In this document: positions 8,997 to 21,579 of the stretch, piece by piece | Layout of the letters: each line of letters opens with the position of its first letter | Numbering within the stretch: the stretch's first letter is position 1 | Assembly: GCA_938030705.1 (NCBI GenBank) | Contig: CALHIR010000002.1 | Coordinates: forward strand, 2,515 to 66,514 | Direction: 5' to 3' | Source of the DNA: Candidatus Poseidoniaceae archaeon | GTDB lineage: Archaea > Thermoplasmatota > Poseidoniia > Poseidoniales > Poseidoniaceae | Length of the DNA stretch: 64,000 bases | The notes under the pieces: generated by a model | What the model was told of the DNA's origin: nothing | What the model saw: the letters and a program-made list of their open reading frames with translations, nothing else | The model's database searches: none | Program-made: the position numbers and the translations under genes

Positions 8997-11900
8997 ATGG
9001 CGCCACTTCAACGCCAGTCCATGCGACAAGGGCGTGCAGTGAGCATGGTGGGGCTTCTTCTGACCGTTCTCCTTCTTCCGATGGTGAGTGGAGCAGACAG
9101 CACCGTAACGACCAACACCACGTGGTCTGGAAACGTGGTGCTTTCAGGGAACGTGACCGTAGCGAGCGGCGCAACCTTGACCGTTTCACCCGGCACCACC
9201 GTCGATGCCAGAGATTACGCCATCATCGTAGAAGGAACCTTGGTGGCCAACCAAGCCATGTTCTCTTCCTCCATCGTACCTGAAACGCAAGGGTCCCACG
9301 GCCAGGGATTGTGGCCGGGTCTTGTCGTCGAGGTCGGAGGTCAAGCCAACCTGACCGAAGTTTCCGTATCGAACGCTTCAGCCGGGGTTTTGGTGCGAGG
9401 CGACTTCAACGGCACCGACGTGGTGTTCAACGACGCCTACCGAGGCGTCTCCGTGATGGGTGGGGAAGCCATCATTACGGGATTTGAGGCCAACCGAATG
9501 GATTACGAAGCATTGTATGTTGAGAGCGGGCTCCTCACGTTTACCAACGGCACGGCCACTGAAGTGGCGGTCGGCCTCGCCAATCACGCTACAGCCAACG
9601 TGGCTGAATTCACCGTCATCGAGGCGGGCGTGGGCGTCCAGTCTTACGGTGGCACGCTCGATATCTCTGATCTTGACGTTAACAACGCAAGCGTTGGTTT
9701 CGCCACCGCTTCGGGCGCTTCATCGTTCGTGCGAACATTTTGGGGCACAGGTCTTGCATTGGCCATCGATGCAGGAGATGCTGATGACGTTGAATTTCAT
9801 GTTGCTCGCCTCCATGGTGAACGATTGGTGGTGGGCCGTGGCGTTTCCTCGATACTCTTGAACGACGTGGGCTTCACTTCAACATCATCAACGGAGATGA
9901 GACCAGCCGCCGACATCCGTTGCGATGGCCTTTGCAAAATGGAGAACAGCATCATCGAAGGCGGACCCAAGCTGGGTATCGCATGGTCGGGGACTGGGAC
10001 ATCGCAGATGACCAACGTCTCCGTTTTCGCAGACGAACAGGCCGTTGAAGCCACGGGCAGTGGTCATGCAACTTGGGCCAACCTCACCGTCAACGCCTCA
10101 CAAACAGGCGCCTCGGTTCAAACGCCTACCAGTTCCCTGTCAAACGTTGAGGTTGAACTGACGTCAAACGAAGGCGTAGGCCTTGATGTTCTCGGAGGCG
10201 TCCATGATTGGACCAACATCACCGTCGAGAAACCCTTTGTGTCTACCGACCAATCTTCAATTGGGTTGAACGCATGGTATAGCGACCTTTCCATCAATCG
10301 TTTCACTTCACGAAACCTTTCTACCGGCATGATGTTGGAGGACACCTCGGTGGTCGTGCAGACGGCCGAGGCCAACATCGGAAGCCTCGCTGGGCTCCAT
10401 CTCATTGACTCAACATACCGCGGTTCGGACCTGACGACCATCGCACAGGACGAGGGCGTGCTGATGGAAGGCGACACGACCTTGCATCTTTCCTCTTGGA
10501 CGGCACAATTGCACGATACCCCCCTCATGATGTCCACCGACAGCACCGCCACCGTACGAAGTTTCACGCCCTTGAATACTGCGCCATCTTCCGCCGATGC
10601 GCTTGGTGACGGGACGCTTTACTACGGCTCAAGTTCCAACCCCACCATCAGCACCTCTGCTTCGTACCGCTTGATTGAGACCGCCGTCACCTTTACCGAT
10701 TTGGCAGGTCAACCCGTAGAGGCCCATGTTTCGGTTCACGGTTTTGCGTTCATGAGCGATAGCAACGGTGCCCTCACCCTTCCACTGGTCGGCAGCGGTT
10801 CGGTGGTTGACGTGACGCTTGACGGCGCTGGGGCCCGAGTTATGCTCTATGGGGGCCAAGGCGGTCAGTCGGTTCAGGTCCCTGTTATTCCTCAGGGCGA
10901 CTGGACCATCTCAGCAGGGCAAGACGTAGTGCTCGGGCCTCGTCCGGACGGCCAACCACACCAACTTCCTGGTGATTTGACGGTCGCAAATAACGGCGCT
11001 TTGACGTTGATCTCGACGAATGTTGTTCTTGCTCCCGGCCATACGATCTCGGTGGAAGGCACGGGGCAATTCATCGGCCAAAACGCCACCATCACGGCCG
11101 ATTCGCTCCAAGCCAGCGGCCAAAGCGTCTTGTCCGGGACCGATACTGATTCACTGACCCTTGACACGAACGTTCAGTGGGGCTGTTTGAACCCGGTTGA
11201 GGTGCAGCACCTCAACATCCTCGGTTCGCTGACCGTTCAACCCGGATGCGAGATTGACGTTATGGGCGGCACCGTTGAAGGAAGCATCACCGCCATGACG
11301 GGCGCGGTGTTCACCAGTTCCTCGACCCTCGACCTCGTGGTGCTGGACAAAGGCGAACCGGTTGAAGGTGCGCTGATCTCCATTGAAGGGTCCGTGGCGA
11401 TGACCGACATCAACGGCGAATTGTCAACCGAAACTGTTGCTCGGCGGGTCACCGATACCGGGCAAGTATGGGAGGGCATCAAAACCGTCACCCTCCAACG
11501 TAGCAACTTCTCTGATTTCGTCACATGGGACACCAACCGGTCGTTGACGCACACGTTCATGGCCTCCACCGTGCCAAGCGGGGACGTCTCTGGTTGGCTC
11601 GTTCTCGAACGTCAGTGGAGCCCTTACACCCTTGACCATTCACTGATGTTGCAAAGCGCCTCAACGATGTCGGTGCAAGACGGCGTTTCGCTCCGAATCT
11701 CGGAAGGCGCCACCATCACGGTCAACGGGGTCCTCGATGTTGGGGAAGCGACCCTCTCATCTACCGGCTTTGGGGCGCGCTGGGGCGGACTGGCGCTCGG
11801 GACGTCCACGGCCGCTGTGATTGAACTCTCAGGCACGCAACTCATTGAATCCGCCCCCGCCATGACGGTTTCTGGTTTGGGTTCCATTCATGCTGATGGC

Positions 11901-13688
11901 GTGTTCATGGCCCGTTCTGCAAGCGACCCGTTGGTCGTGGTTGAGTCTGGAAACCAAGCTTCGTTGGTCATTCGAAACAGCCACATGCAAAACGGAAGCG
12001 GCTGTGCTCAACTCTATCCTTCCACAGCCCTCATCACCTTCAGTAACGTCAGTTTTGCCGACTGCGAGGAACAAGCAATTTGGGCGCAACAGGCGCCCTT
12101 ACACTTCTCAGATTTGGTGATTGGAGAGGGAACGGATTGGGGGATGGAATTGACCGGTGTTTCAGGGTCCATCAACGGCGTAAACGCCACCCGGTTCCAA
12201 GGCACGGGGGCCATTCTTTCCCTCAACAGCATCACGTCGACCTTCTCCTTAACCGATGTCTCTGGGACGGTGTCGGGTCAAGCAGGCATCGTCGGGGAAA
12301 ACAACGAGGGCATCACGCTTGCGCGAGTTCATTTGACGGGAGCGCCCGCCATTGATGTCGACCGCACTTCCGGGCATTTCTCAGACATCAGCCTTGAAGG
12401 GGAAGGCAGCGGCACCGCGTTTATCTCCCATCACGGACGTTCATCGGATTCCTTGGTGGTTGAGAACCTCAACATCACGGGGTACAACGTCGGTGTTTCG
12501 CTTCATTCCGACCCTGGTGAAATCAGTGCGCCATTGGTGTTGCGCGAGGCACATATCGTGGTTTCAAGTGCGTTGGCAACGGAGGAATACCCCGTCCGCT
12601 TGGAAGCTTGTTCCCTCATAGGTAGCGTCGATGTCGCCCATGCCGATGTGGTCTCGGTCGACGGCCAAGTTGGAACGGTTTCCGTGGGCGAGGAAGGCAC
12701 GTTTTCGGCCTATCGAACGATGGCCCTTGATGCACAACGGGCCGGCGTTCCGGTCGCTGCATTGTTTTCGGTCAGTTATGGCAATGAACTGCTCGAACCG
12801 TTTAGCGTACAAGGCACCACCGTGGACGTTGAACTTCTTTTGCGCACCATTTCCGCCGCTCAAGAAGCCGTCGCTTCCCAATGGGTGGTGCAGGCCGACG
12901 TGGTGGGCTCACCCCTCGCTGAATTGACGGTGGACTCACCAGCCACTGCGCCATCGGTGTTGGTGATCAACGTCCTTGTCAATCAACCCCCGGCCATTGA
13001 ACTGCTTGAGCCGTATGCCGGTCAACGCGTGATGGAGGGCGATTTCATTCGTGCCTCCGCCACGGTGAGCGACGATATGGACGATGTAACCGGCCTGGTT
13101 TTGTCGTGGCGCGTGTATGACATGGCAGGCAACACCGTCCTACAAGGCGGTGATGAGCCGGTGTTCAACATCACGGATTTGACAGCAGGATTCTATATCG
13201 TTGAAGCGACGGTGGTTGACACCTACGGTGAGCAAGCCACCGCTTCCATGGACTTTGAGTACACCTTGCTGGACACCGATAACGACTGGTCGGCTTCCTG
13301 TTCTTCTGACACGTGGTTTGACCCCAACACAGGAAAGTCATGTGGCCCAAACATCTACGACCAGGACGACGATAACGATGGTTTCAGCGACAGCAAAGAC
13401 GCCTTCCCCCTCGACGCTTGTGCCCAAATTGACACCGACGGGGATACTCAACCCGATGTGCTGAACTGCCCCGAGGGCTTCACGAGTTGGTTGACCGAGG
13501 ACATGGACGATGACGGCGATGGAACGCCGGACGTGTTGGAAGGTGCCGATACTGGGGAAGCTGATGTGAACGTGAACGCCTTGATGGTGGTCATTGCGCT
13601 CTTCGTGGTGGTCGCCCTGCTCTTCTTCGCTCGTTTGCGCCGTGGTGGCCCGGGCGACTTGACATCACTTGACCAACAACATCTTTGA
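8997..13688 (+). CDS. Large secreted, membrane-anchored protein: right-handed beta-helix repeats, Ig-like domain, TSP3-like repeats, C-terminal TM
   Basis: Signal-like LLLTVLLLPMVSGA; repeated units (VVLSGNVTVASGATLTVSPGT...WPGL and SPYTLDHSLML...WGGL); DDDNDGFSDSKDAFPLD; TM ALMVVIALFVVVALLFF + RLRR. ATG 8997 chosen (TTTGAAG 28 nt upstream); 9021 possible. Confidence 0.85.
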   Translation: MAPLQRQSMRQGRAVSMVGLLLTVLLLPMVSGADSTVTTNTTWSGNVVLSGNVTVASGATLTVSPGTTVDARDYAIIVEGTLVANQAMFSSSIVPETQGSHGQGLWPGLVVEVGGQANLTEVSVSNASAGVLVRGDFNGTDVVFNDAYRGVSVMGGEAIITGFEANRMDYEALYVESGLLTFTNGTATEVAVGLANHATANVAEFTVIEAGVGVQSYGGTLDISDLDVNNASVGFATASGASSFVRTFWGTGLALAIDAGDADDVEFHVARLHGERLVVGRGVSSILLNDVGFTSTSSTEMRPAADIRCDGLCKMENSIIEGGPKLGIAWSGTGTSQMTNVSVFADEQAVEATGSGHATWANLTVNASQTGASVQTPTSSLSNVEVELTSNEGVGLDVLGGVHDWTNITVEKPFVSTDQSSIGLNAWYSDLSINRFTSRNLSTGMMLEDTSVVVQTAEANIGSLAGLHLIDSTYRGSDLTTIAQDEGVLMEGDTTLHLSSWTAQLHDTPLMMSTDSTATVRSFTPLNTAPSSADALGDGTLYYGSSSNPTISTSASYRLIETAVTFTDLAGQPVEAHVSVHGFAFMSDSNGALTLPLVGSGSVVDVTLDGAGARVMLYGGQGGQSVQVPVIPQGDWTISAGQDVVLGPRPDGQPHQLPGDLTVANNGALTLISTNVVLAPGHTISVEGTGQFIGQNATITADSLQASGQSVLSGTDTDSLTLDTNVQWGCLNPVEVQHLNILGSLTVQPGCEIDVMGGTVEGSITAMTGAVFTSSSTLDLVVLDKGEPVEGALISIEGSVAMTDINGELSTETVARRVTDTGQVWEGIKTVTLQRSNFSDFVTWDTNRSLTHTFMASTVPSGDVSGWLVLERQWSPYTLDHSLMLQSASTMSVQDGVSLRISEGATITVNGVLDVGEATLSSTGFGARWGGLALGTSTAAVIELSGTQLIESAPAMTVSGLGSIHADGVFMARSASDPLVVVESGNQASLVIRNSHMQNGSGCAQLYPSTALITFSNVSFADCEEQAIWAQQAPLHFSDLVIGEGTDWGMELTGVSGSINGVNATRFQGTGAILSLNSITSTFSLTDVSGTVSGQAGIVGENNEGITLARVHLTGAPAIDVDRTSGHFSDISLEGEGSGTAFISHHGRSSDSLVVENLNITGYNVGVSLHSDPGEISAPLVLREAHIVVSSALATEEYPVRLEACSLIGSVDVAHADVVSVDGQVGTVSVGEEGTFSAYRTMALDAQRAGVPVAALFSVSYGNELLEPFSVQGTTVDVELLLRTISAAQEAVASQWVVQADVVGSPLAELTVDSPATAPSVLVINVLVNQPPAIELLEPYAGQRVMEGDFIRASATVSDDMDDVTGLVLSWRVYDMAGNTVLQGGDEPVFNITDLTAGFYIVEATVVDTYGEQATASMDFEYTLLDTDNDWSASCSSDTWFDPNTGKSCGPNIYDQDDDNDGFSDSKDAFPLDACAQIDTDGDTQPDVLNCPEGFTSWLTEDMDDDGDGTPDVLEGADTGEADVNVNALMVVIALFVVVALLFFARLRRGGPGDLTSLDQQHL

Positions 13689-13697
13689 GGTAGCGGC

Positions 13698-14249
13698 ATG
13701 GTTGACCTCCCGGCTGCAGAAAACGTGGCGATGACCGCTGTCGCCGTCCTTGCCGCTATCGTGGCCTGGGACGCCTATTGGCTCACCAAACAACGACGAG
13801 ACGTCCCAGAACTGGGTTCTCTTGCAGGAGGCGGGTTTGCCTGGGCCAGCGAAGGCGTTCACGAAATGGTTCGACAGTGGGGTAACCTCGGTTCCATGGC
13901 CGCCATGATGGTGCTGCCTTGGGCGTTGCTGGAAGCGAGCAACACCCCGATCATTTACGCCATCCTTTGGGATGTGTTCCTGGCCCTTCACCTCATTTCG
14001 TTGCTGATTCCAAAACGCTACGCTATCACTTCCACCCACTTGTTCGCCGACGGCCAACGCTACCCGTGGGACCGTCTTCGCATGGCCAAGCGTCAACCAA
14101 AACGACGCATCATGCTCTTGCGCAACGGATGGGGCCCTTTCGGGCCGCTTCCGCTCGGTGGCGATCCTCAGTCGCTCGGTAAGGCCCGTGAATACATCAA
14201 GGCCATGGAGCAGGCCCGCCGAGGCGAGGCCTTCGCTGAGCAAGAGTGA
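13698..14249 (+). CDS. Membrane protein with three TM segments and a small C-terminal soluble domain
   Basis: Three hydrophobic stretches, then YAITSTHLFADGQRYPWDRL resembling PH-like membrane-associated domains; SD GAGGT. Confidence 0.7.
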   Translation: MVDLPAAENVAMTAVAVLAAIVAWDAYWLTKQRRDVPELGSLAGGGFAWASEGVHEMVRQWGNLGSMAAMMVLPWALLEASNTPIIYAILWDVFLALHLISLLIPKRYAITSTHLFADGQRYPWDRLRMAKRQPKRRIMLLRNGWGPFGPLPLGGDPQSLGKAREYIKAMEQARRGEAFAEQE

Positions 14250-14286
14250 ACGGCAGCCTCTTGACCTGCCGACATGACCCCGCCCT

Positions 14287-14715
14287 ATGGAGTGGACAAG
14301 AAGCAACGACGATCTCTTCGTGCGTCTGGACCCGGGCGAAGAAATTCATGCGACCTTGCAGGCCTTGGCCGACGAGGTGGGGTTTGATGCTGCCGCCATC
14401 ACCAGCGGCATCGGGCGAACAAGGGACAGCACGTACGGCTACATGGACGACGATCACGTCTATCACCGGGTGACCCTAGATGGCGGTACTGAATTGGTGA
14501 CGCTGCAAGGCAACCTTGCTCGACGGGAAAGCGGTGAGGCGTTCACCCATCTTCATGCGACCTTTTCCGACGACGACCTGAAGCCTCACGCAGGCCACAT
14601 GTTCTCGGCCACCGTTCATGTGGTTGCCGAAATTCATCTCCGTATCTTGAGCCAAGCCGTGATGACGCGGTGCCCGCTTGAGAACAGTGAATTCGTGGCC
14701 CTCAAGTTCAATTGA
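14287..14715 (+). CDS. PPC/DUF296 domain protein
   Basis: VRLDPGEEI, SGIG, ELVTLQGN, HLHATFSD, AGHM metal-binding HxH...H signature. Confidence 0.9.
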   Translation: MEWTRSNDDLFVRLDPGEEIHATLQALADEVGFDAAAITSGIGRTRDSTYGYMDDDHVYHRVTLDGGTELVTLQGNLARRESGEAFTHLHATFSDDDLKPHAGHMFSATVHVVAEIHLRILSQAVMTRCPLENSEFVALKFN

Positions 14716-16965
<2,250 letters not shown>

Positions 16966-17769
16966 TCAGCCGTAGAGCATGGCGTTGGATGACGGACTGC
17001 CCTTTTCAGAACCGGCTGCCGATTCCATCAGCGCAGAAATTTGCGCTTCGAGCATTTCCGCCTCAGCCAGCAAGGGCTCTTGCGGGAGGTTGATCGATGG
17101 CAGCAACGTGTTCAGCCGTTCAATCAACGCCGCTGCGGCTCGGGCGTCAGGCCAGCGAGGGTCGGCTTCCACCATGATGGACATTGTACCGAGGCCGCGA
17201 CGGGAGGCTTCACTGAGGATGCCGGCGTTCATGCCACGAATCACACCGGTCTCCAACAGGGGGATGTCCATGTCCTTGAGCATCTTACGCACGGTCTCGT
17301 TGCAGCCGATGCCGACGACGTCGATTTCCTCAGTGTCTTCGTATTCCACAACCGGGTCCACGCCGTCCATGCCGCTCTTCATGCCGGCTTTCGCAAAGGC
17401 GTCCACGACAACACCTGCAAGCACTTTGTGTTCCTTGGACCACTCAAAGAGCGCCCAGACAATCTTGTGGACGAGGGATTCAGGAACCACCATCTCACTC
17501 ATGAGCAAGATGACTTGGTCGCACCCTTCGATGGTGCACTGCGGCTTGCCGGCGTAGGCTCGAATGGGCGGCAGCGGTACGCCTTGGTTGATCATAGCAA
17601 GGGCGGGGAGACGTTCGTCAACGAGCCCGCCAACGAATTCAAGGTCGAGATGGTCGATGAGGTAGTGAGCCACGATGCTGGAGACCATACCGACGCTTGG
17701 GAAACAGGCAATGACCATGGCATTCTCGTTCTCAATGGAGGCGTTGATGCGTAGACTTGGGGTATCCAT
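16966..17769 (-). CDS. PAC2-family proteasome assembly chaperone homologue with C-terminal HbYX motif
   Basis: FPSVGMVSSIVAHYLIDHL, PPIRAY, PDARAAAALI; ends ...AMLYG. Confidence 0.9.
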   Translation of the reverse strand: MDTPSLRINASIENENAMVIACFPSVGMVSSIVAHYLIDHLDLEFVGGLVDERLPALAMINQGVPLPPIRAYAGKPQCTIEGCDQVILLMSEMVVPESLVHKIVWALFEWSKEHKVLAGVVVDAFAKAGMKSGMDGVDPVVEYEDTEEIDVVGIGCNETVRKMLKDMDIPLLETGVIRGMNAGILSEASRRGLGTMSIMVEADPRWPDARAAAALIERLNTLLPSINLPQEPLLAEAEMLEAQISALMESAAGSEKGSPSSNAMLYG

Positions 17770-17853
17770 GGTGCAGGGTGCGGCCCGATGCCCTTCAACA
17801 CTTTCCCCGTTTGGTCACAAAACCTTCATCATCAACGATACGGCCCTCAGGGC

Positions 17854-19038
17854 ATGGATGAGAGTGCACCTGAGAGGCCACGAGCGCATCAACTCTCTCC
17901 CTCGGCTTGGAACCGATACGAAACCTGTCCCCGGATGTATTGGTTGAGTCGCCAACGGCTGCCGCGCAAAGCGGGCATGGCTGCTTCTTTGGGCACAGCC
18001 GTTCACGCTTCGATAGAAGATTTGCTCAACATGGACTTGGCCGGTAAAGACGATGCGGAAACTGGCTGGCTTCCCCTTCAAGCAGAACGATTTCTGAAGG
18101 CCCGTTGGGACGAGGAGAAAACCGTCTTCATGGCGACCCCCAGGAGGCCCGATTGGAAAGATGCCAAATGGAGCGAAGCCAAGAAGCAACAACGAGGCGG
18201 CATCGTCCTGCTCCTGGACCACATCGGCGCCAAACACCTCAATCACGAACAGGTAACCGTCGCCCTTTGGCGGCACCTTCAATCGTTGACCATCGCCGTT
18301 GAGGGTGAACTCAGAACCAGCGACGGCCGCTTGATGGGGCGGCTTGACCTCCTCTTTGCCGATGTCGACGATGCGGGGGAAATGCAAGGTTGGTTGGTCG
18401 CCGATTTGAAGACCGGCAACGCCCCGACCAAGGAACTCAAGCCCGAGGTGAACCGGCAACTTCGGATGTACAGGGACATTTTGCTGGCCAACAACCCTTC
18501 GGCCCCGCCAGTCCGCACGGAGGGATGGTACACCAAAACGGCGTCCAAATGGGCGGCTGAGGGCGAAAGTGTCCTCGAACAAGCCTATGCGGCTTGGGAA
18601 GCCACGCAACCGACCACCATGCCCATGTCACCAACGCCTGGACCGGACAGTTGTGGAGGGTTTTGCGATTGGAAAGCTTGGTGCCCGCACTGGTGGACAT
18701 GGCGCCAGGAATCCGGCACATTACACCAGGGCGATTTTTGCGATGCCGTGGTGCTTCTTCATCGGTACGAGGCATCGTCGGGCGCAGCGGTTTTGGAACT
18801 CTGTGAGCCGCTGGACGAGACCGGCCGTGCGATTCCGACGGGTCACCAAATCTCCGCAAAGTTCGACGGTCGCGGCAAAGAGGTGCTGGAAGACCTCCAG
18901 TCCACGGGCCATCAAGGCGCTTTGTTCCTCGGGTCGGTCATGACGGGTCGGGGAACGTGGCGGATTGGACCTTGGTGCGATGTACTCCCATGGTCGCCGA
19001 TGCCCGATGATGTGCCCTACGAGCGGAGTTCTTCATGA
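17854..19038 (+). CDS. PD-(D/E)XK nuclease, Cas4/RecB-like, with four Fe-S staple cysteines and a C-terminal extension
   Basis: LSPSAWNRYETCPRMYWL, GTAVH, GRLDLL, ADLKTG, QLRMY, CGGFCDWKAWC. ATG 17854 has TTCATC 29 nt upstream. Confidence 0.9.
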   Translation: MDESAPERPRAHQLSPSAWNRYETCPRMYWLSRQRLPRKAGMAASLGTAVHASIEDLLNMDLAGKDDAETGWLPLQAERFLKARWDEEKTVFMATPRRPDWKDAKWSEAKKQQRGGIVLLLDHIGAKHLNHEQVTVALWRHLQSLTIAVEGELRTSDGRLMGRLDLLFADVDDAGEMQGWLVADLKTGNAPTKELKPEVNRQLRMYRDILLANNPSAPPVRTEGWYTKTASKWAAEGESVLEQAYAAWEATQPTTMPMSPTPGPDSCGGFCDWKAWCPHWWTWRQESGTLHQGDFCDAVVLLHRYEASSGAAVLELCEPLDETGRAIPTGHQISAKFDGRGKEVLEDLQSTGHQGALFLGSVMTGRGTWRIGPWCDVLPWSPMPDDVPYERSSS

Positions 19039-19851
19039 ACGAAGATGTTCTTTGATGCGCTGCTTGGTCGCATCGCATTCCAATCCGTTGGAGGACAGGA
19101 GCCATCCGATGTAGGACGGGTCATTGGTTTGAACTTCTGACAAATAGCGGCCCCGATGCCGTCCAAAGGCCAGAACGAGTTCGCCGCCGTCTTCCCTGAC
19201 TTTCCCCATGGCGTCCACCGGCACCAGATCGTCGAGGCCGCGCCCCAACGCCGAGGCGTCTTTGGGTCGGTCACCGTGGGCAATCCAACGTTCCAGTTCG
19301 GGAAGCGAACGGCGAAAGACGGCAGCATGTTCAACGGAGAGGCGCCAAAACAACAGCATGGTCGCCGCTGCATCGGCTGCCGCCGTGTGAGCCGCTTCTA
19401 GTCGTATGCCGTGGCGCCGACACAAAGCGCCGAGGTTGTGTGGCCGAGGCAGACGAAGTCGGCGAACCAACTCCAGGGTGTCCATGATCGCCTTCGGTTG
19501 TGGGGCGAGACGACCCATGCGTAGGAATTCAGTTTTCAGCATGGCGTAGTCAAAACTTCGGACGTTATGACCCACGAGGATGGCGCCTTCAATCAACTCA
19601 GCCAACTCGTCAGCAACCTCGGAAAGTGGGGGTTTGTCCCGCACATCTTCGTTGAAGATGCCGTGAATCTGACTGGCGTCGTAGGGAATACGAATCCCCG
19701 GCTTCACGACCTGTTCTCGGTTGACCGGCGTACCGTCTTCGAGTGTTCCGATGAGGGCAAATTGAACGATACGGTCGTTGTTGGTTGAAACGCCTGTGGT
19801 CTCCAAATCGAAAGCCAAGACTTTCTCACCTACGAAAAGGTCCTGTGCCAT
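19033..19851 (-). CDS. DEDDh 3'-5' exonuclease (DnaQ-like) with a small C-terminal domain
   Basis: ExoI FDLETTG, ExoII GHNVRSFD, ExoIII AHTAAADA; C-terminal FGRHRGRYLSEV...YIGWL module. Confidence 0.92.
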   Translation of the reverse strand: MAQDLFVGEKVLAFDLETTGVSTNNDRIVQFALIGTLEDGTPVNREQVVKPGIRIPYDASQIHGIFNEDVRDKPPLSEVADELAELIEGAILVGHNVRSFDYAMLKTEFLRMGRLAPQPKAIMDTLELVRRLRLPRPHNLGALCRRHGIRLEAAHTAAADAAATMLLFWRLSVEHAAVFRRSLPELERWIAHGDRPKDASALGRGLDDLVPVDAMGKVREDGGELVLAFGRHRGRYLSEVQTNDPSYIGWLLSSNGLECDATKQRIKEHLRS

Positions 19852-19918
19852 GAGCGATTACCTGTGGGCGCCCCCTTTGAACATCACTCTCAAACACGAT
19901 GACCCCCTCAGCATCGCC

Positions 19919-20299
19919 ATGGGCTTGAGAGATTGGTTCAAATCCGACTCATCGAACAAGAAAACTCGCCCTGTCGAGGCACCATTGGTGGACGAAGATA
20001 TACCTCAGGAAGAAGCCTTTGCGGAACTTCAAGAAGCCAAAACAAACGAAGCCCTGTCGTTGTTTGACGAAGAGGAACCACCTGCGGTGGTGGAGGCGCT
20101 GGTGGCGGCACCCTACGACGCCGGGGAAGCTTCCTTTGACGATTTAATGGCCGAAGAAGACGAGAGTTTCACCCACGTGGATGAGGTGGATATCGTCGAT
20201 GTCGCATCGCTTGACGACCCCTACCTGCAGGCCACTGTCGAGGGCGATGTACCCGAAGCGGTGGTCTTTGACGAGGACGAAAACTCTACTTCTGTTTAA
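19919..20299 (+). CDS. Small, very acidic hypothetical protein
   Basis: ORF 19778..20299 overlaps the divergent exonuclease at its 5' end; ATG 19919 (MGLRDWFK) removes the overlap. Strongly D/E-rich. Confidence 0.6.
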   Translation: MGLRDWFKSDSSNKKTRPVEAPLVDEDIPQEEAFAELQEAKTNEALSLFDEEEPPAVVEALVAAPYDAGEASFDDLMAEEDESFTHVDEVDIVDVASLDDPYLQATVEGDVPEAVVFDEDENSTSV

Positions 20300-20344
20300 T
20301 CTGGACTCCCGAACCATTAGAAAGGGTAAGGTCGGCCTTGTTTC

Positions 20345-21532
20345 ATGGTGCGCAGACGAGCAGAGCGGATTTTCGCTTTGGTCGTGGTTCAAACCCTGCT
20401 GTTGAGTTTCATGGCGGGATGCACAGGGGCGCTTGATACCACCGTGGACCCACGGGCCACCCTCGAAGCTTACCCCGCTCTCATCCAAGAAGGCGAGATG
20501 GTCACGCTTGACGCCAGGGCCTCCTCTCCGGTTGAAGGCCTCATCACCAATTATGCTTGGGATTTTGGTGATGGAACCACGGCTGAAACAATCGTTGGCT
20601 TCACGTCCCACACCTACCTTTCTTTCGGACAGTACACCGTCCGCCTTACCGTTACCAACGACCAAGGCGGTATGGATGACGCCATCGCTACCATTGTCGT
20701 CAACGGGGCTCCAAGCATCGACATCACCATGCCCGATGCCGTTCGTGCCGGTGATGCAGCGCTGCTGGATGCGAGCGCTTCTTTTGATCCCGAGGGCGAT
20801 GATCTGACGTTTAGTTGGGACTTGAACACGGCCGAAGACAGCGACGGCGATGGCGATGCTCGCAACGACGCCGACGCAACAACGCCAACAGTCTTGCTCG
20901 ATACGTCCGCTTCGGGCATCATCAACGGTGTTTTGCGCGTTGATGACGCTGCAGGCGCCTATGCTTTGGAACCGTTTGTGGTGAACGTGACCACCCGTAC
21001 GTTCCAAGTGACGTGGATCACCGAAACGTACGAAATGGCGTGGGACGAGTACCTCGACCAAGGAGAGACCTGGTCCGGAAACATGACGCCCGGTGAAATT
21101 GGGCGGGTGTTGTCGTTCAACGCCATGTTGGAGTTGGACCAAGACGTCGCCCCGCCGCACGATAATTTCACCTTGGCTCTTCACATCGTTGAAGACAATT
21201 ACAAGCGAACCGTGGCCACCGAGCCGGGCAATTATTCCACCAATGAACCCGCACGAGCAGAGATGGCTGATGATGGCATGAACGCCCCTGGTGAAGACGG
21301 GATGTACACCTCCGATTCGGCTGAAATCTTGCTTCAAATGCTGCTCCGTTCGAAAGACAGCGGGCAAGGTCAAGGCCCATGGGTTTGGTCGGTGGTGGCA
21401 CAGCAATCCGACCCCGATGCCTTCATTGGAGAGATTGACCCCGACCCTGGGAACGATTGGACCTTGACGGTGGAAGTTATTGTCATGCGCCCCTCATTGA
21501 CCGAGGTCGCCGTCGGTGCTACGAGCGAGTGA
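20345..21532 (+). CDS. PKD-domain lipoprotein
   Basis: Basic N-terminus, hydrophobic core, lipobox MAGC; PKD motifs YAWDFGDG, GQYTVRLTVTNDQG, LDASASFDPEGDDLTFSWD. Confidence 0.88.
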   Translation: MVRRRAERIFALVVVQTLLLSFMAGCTGALDTTVDPRATLEAYPALIQEGEMVTLDARASSPVEGLITNYAWDFGDGTTAETIVGFTSHTYLSFGQYTVRLTVTNDQGGMDDAIATIVVNGAPSIDITMPDAVRAGDAALLDASASFDPEGDDLTFSWDLNTAEDSDGDGDARNDADATTPTVLLDTSASGIINGVLRVDDAAGAYALEPFVVNVTTRTFQVTWITETYEMAWDEYLDQGETWSGNMTPGEIGRVLSFNAMLELDQDVAPPHDNFTLALHIVEDNYKRTVATEPGNYSTNEPARAEMADDGMNAPGEDGMYTSDSAEILLQMLLRSKDSGQGQGPWVWSVVAQQSDPDAFIGEIDPDPGNDWTLTVEVIVMRPSLTEVAVGATSE

Positions 21533-21579
21533 AAGCGAAAGGGGTATGAAGCGGGGCCGTTTGGCAGGGATTGGTTACG

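Noticed and set aside
17854-19038. Cas4-like gene as evidence of a CRISPR-Cas locus
   Set aside because: No cas1, cas2, effector genes or repeat-spacer array anywhere in the window.
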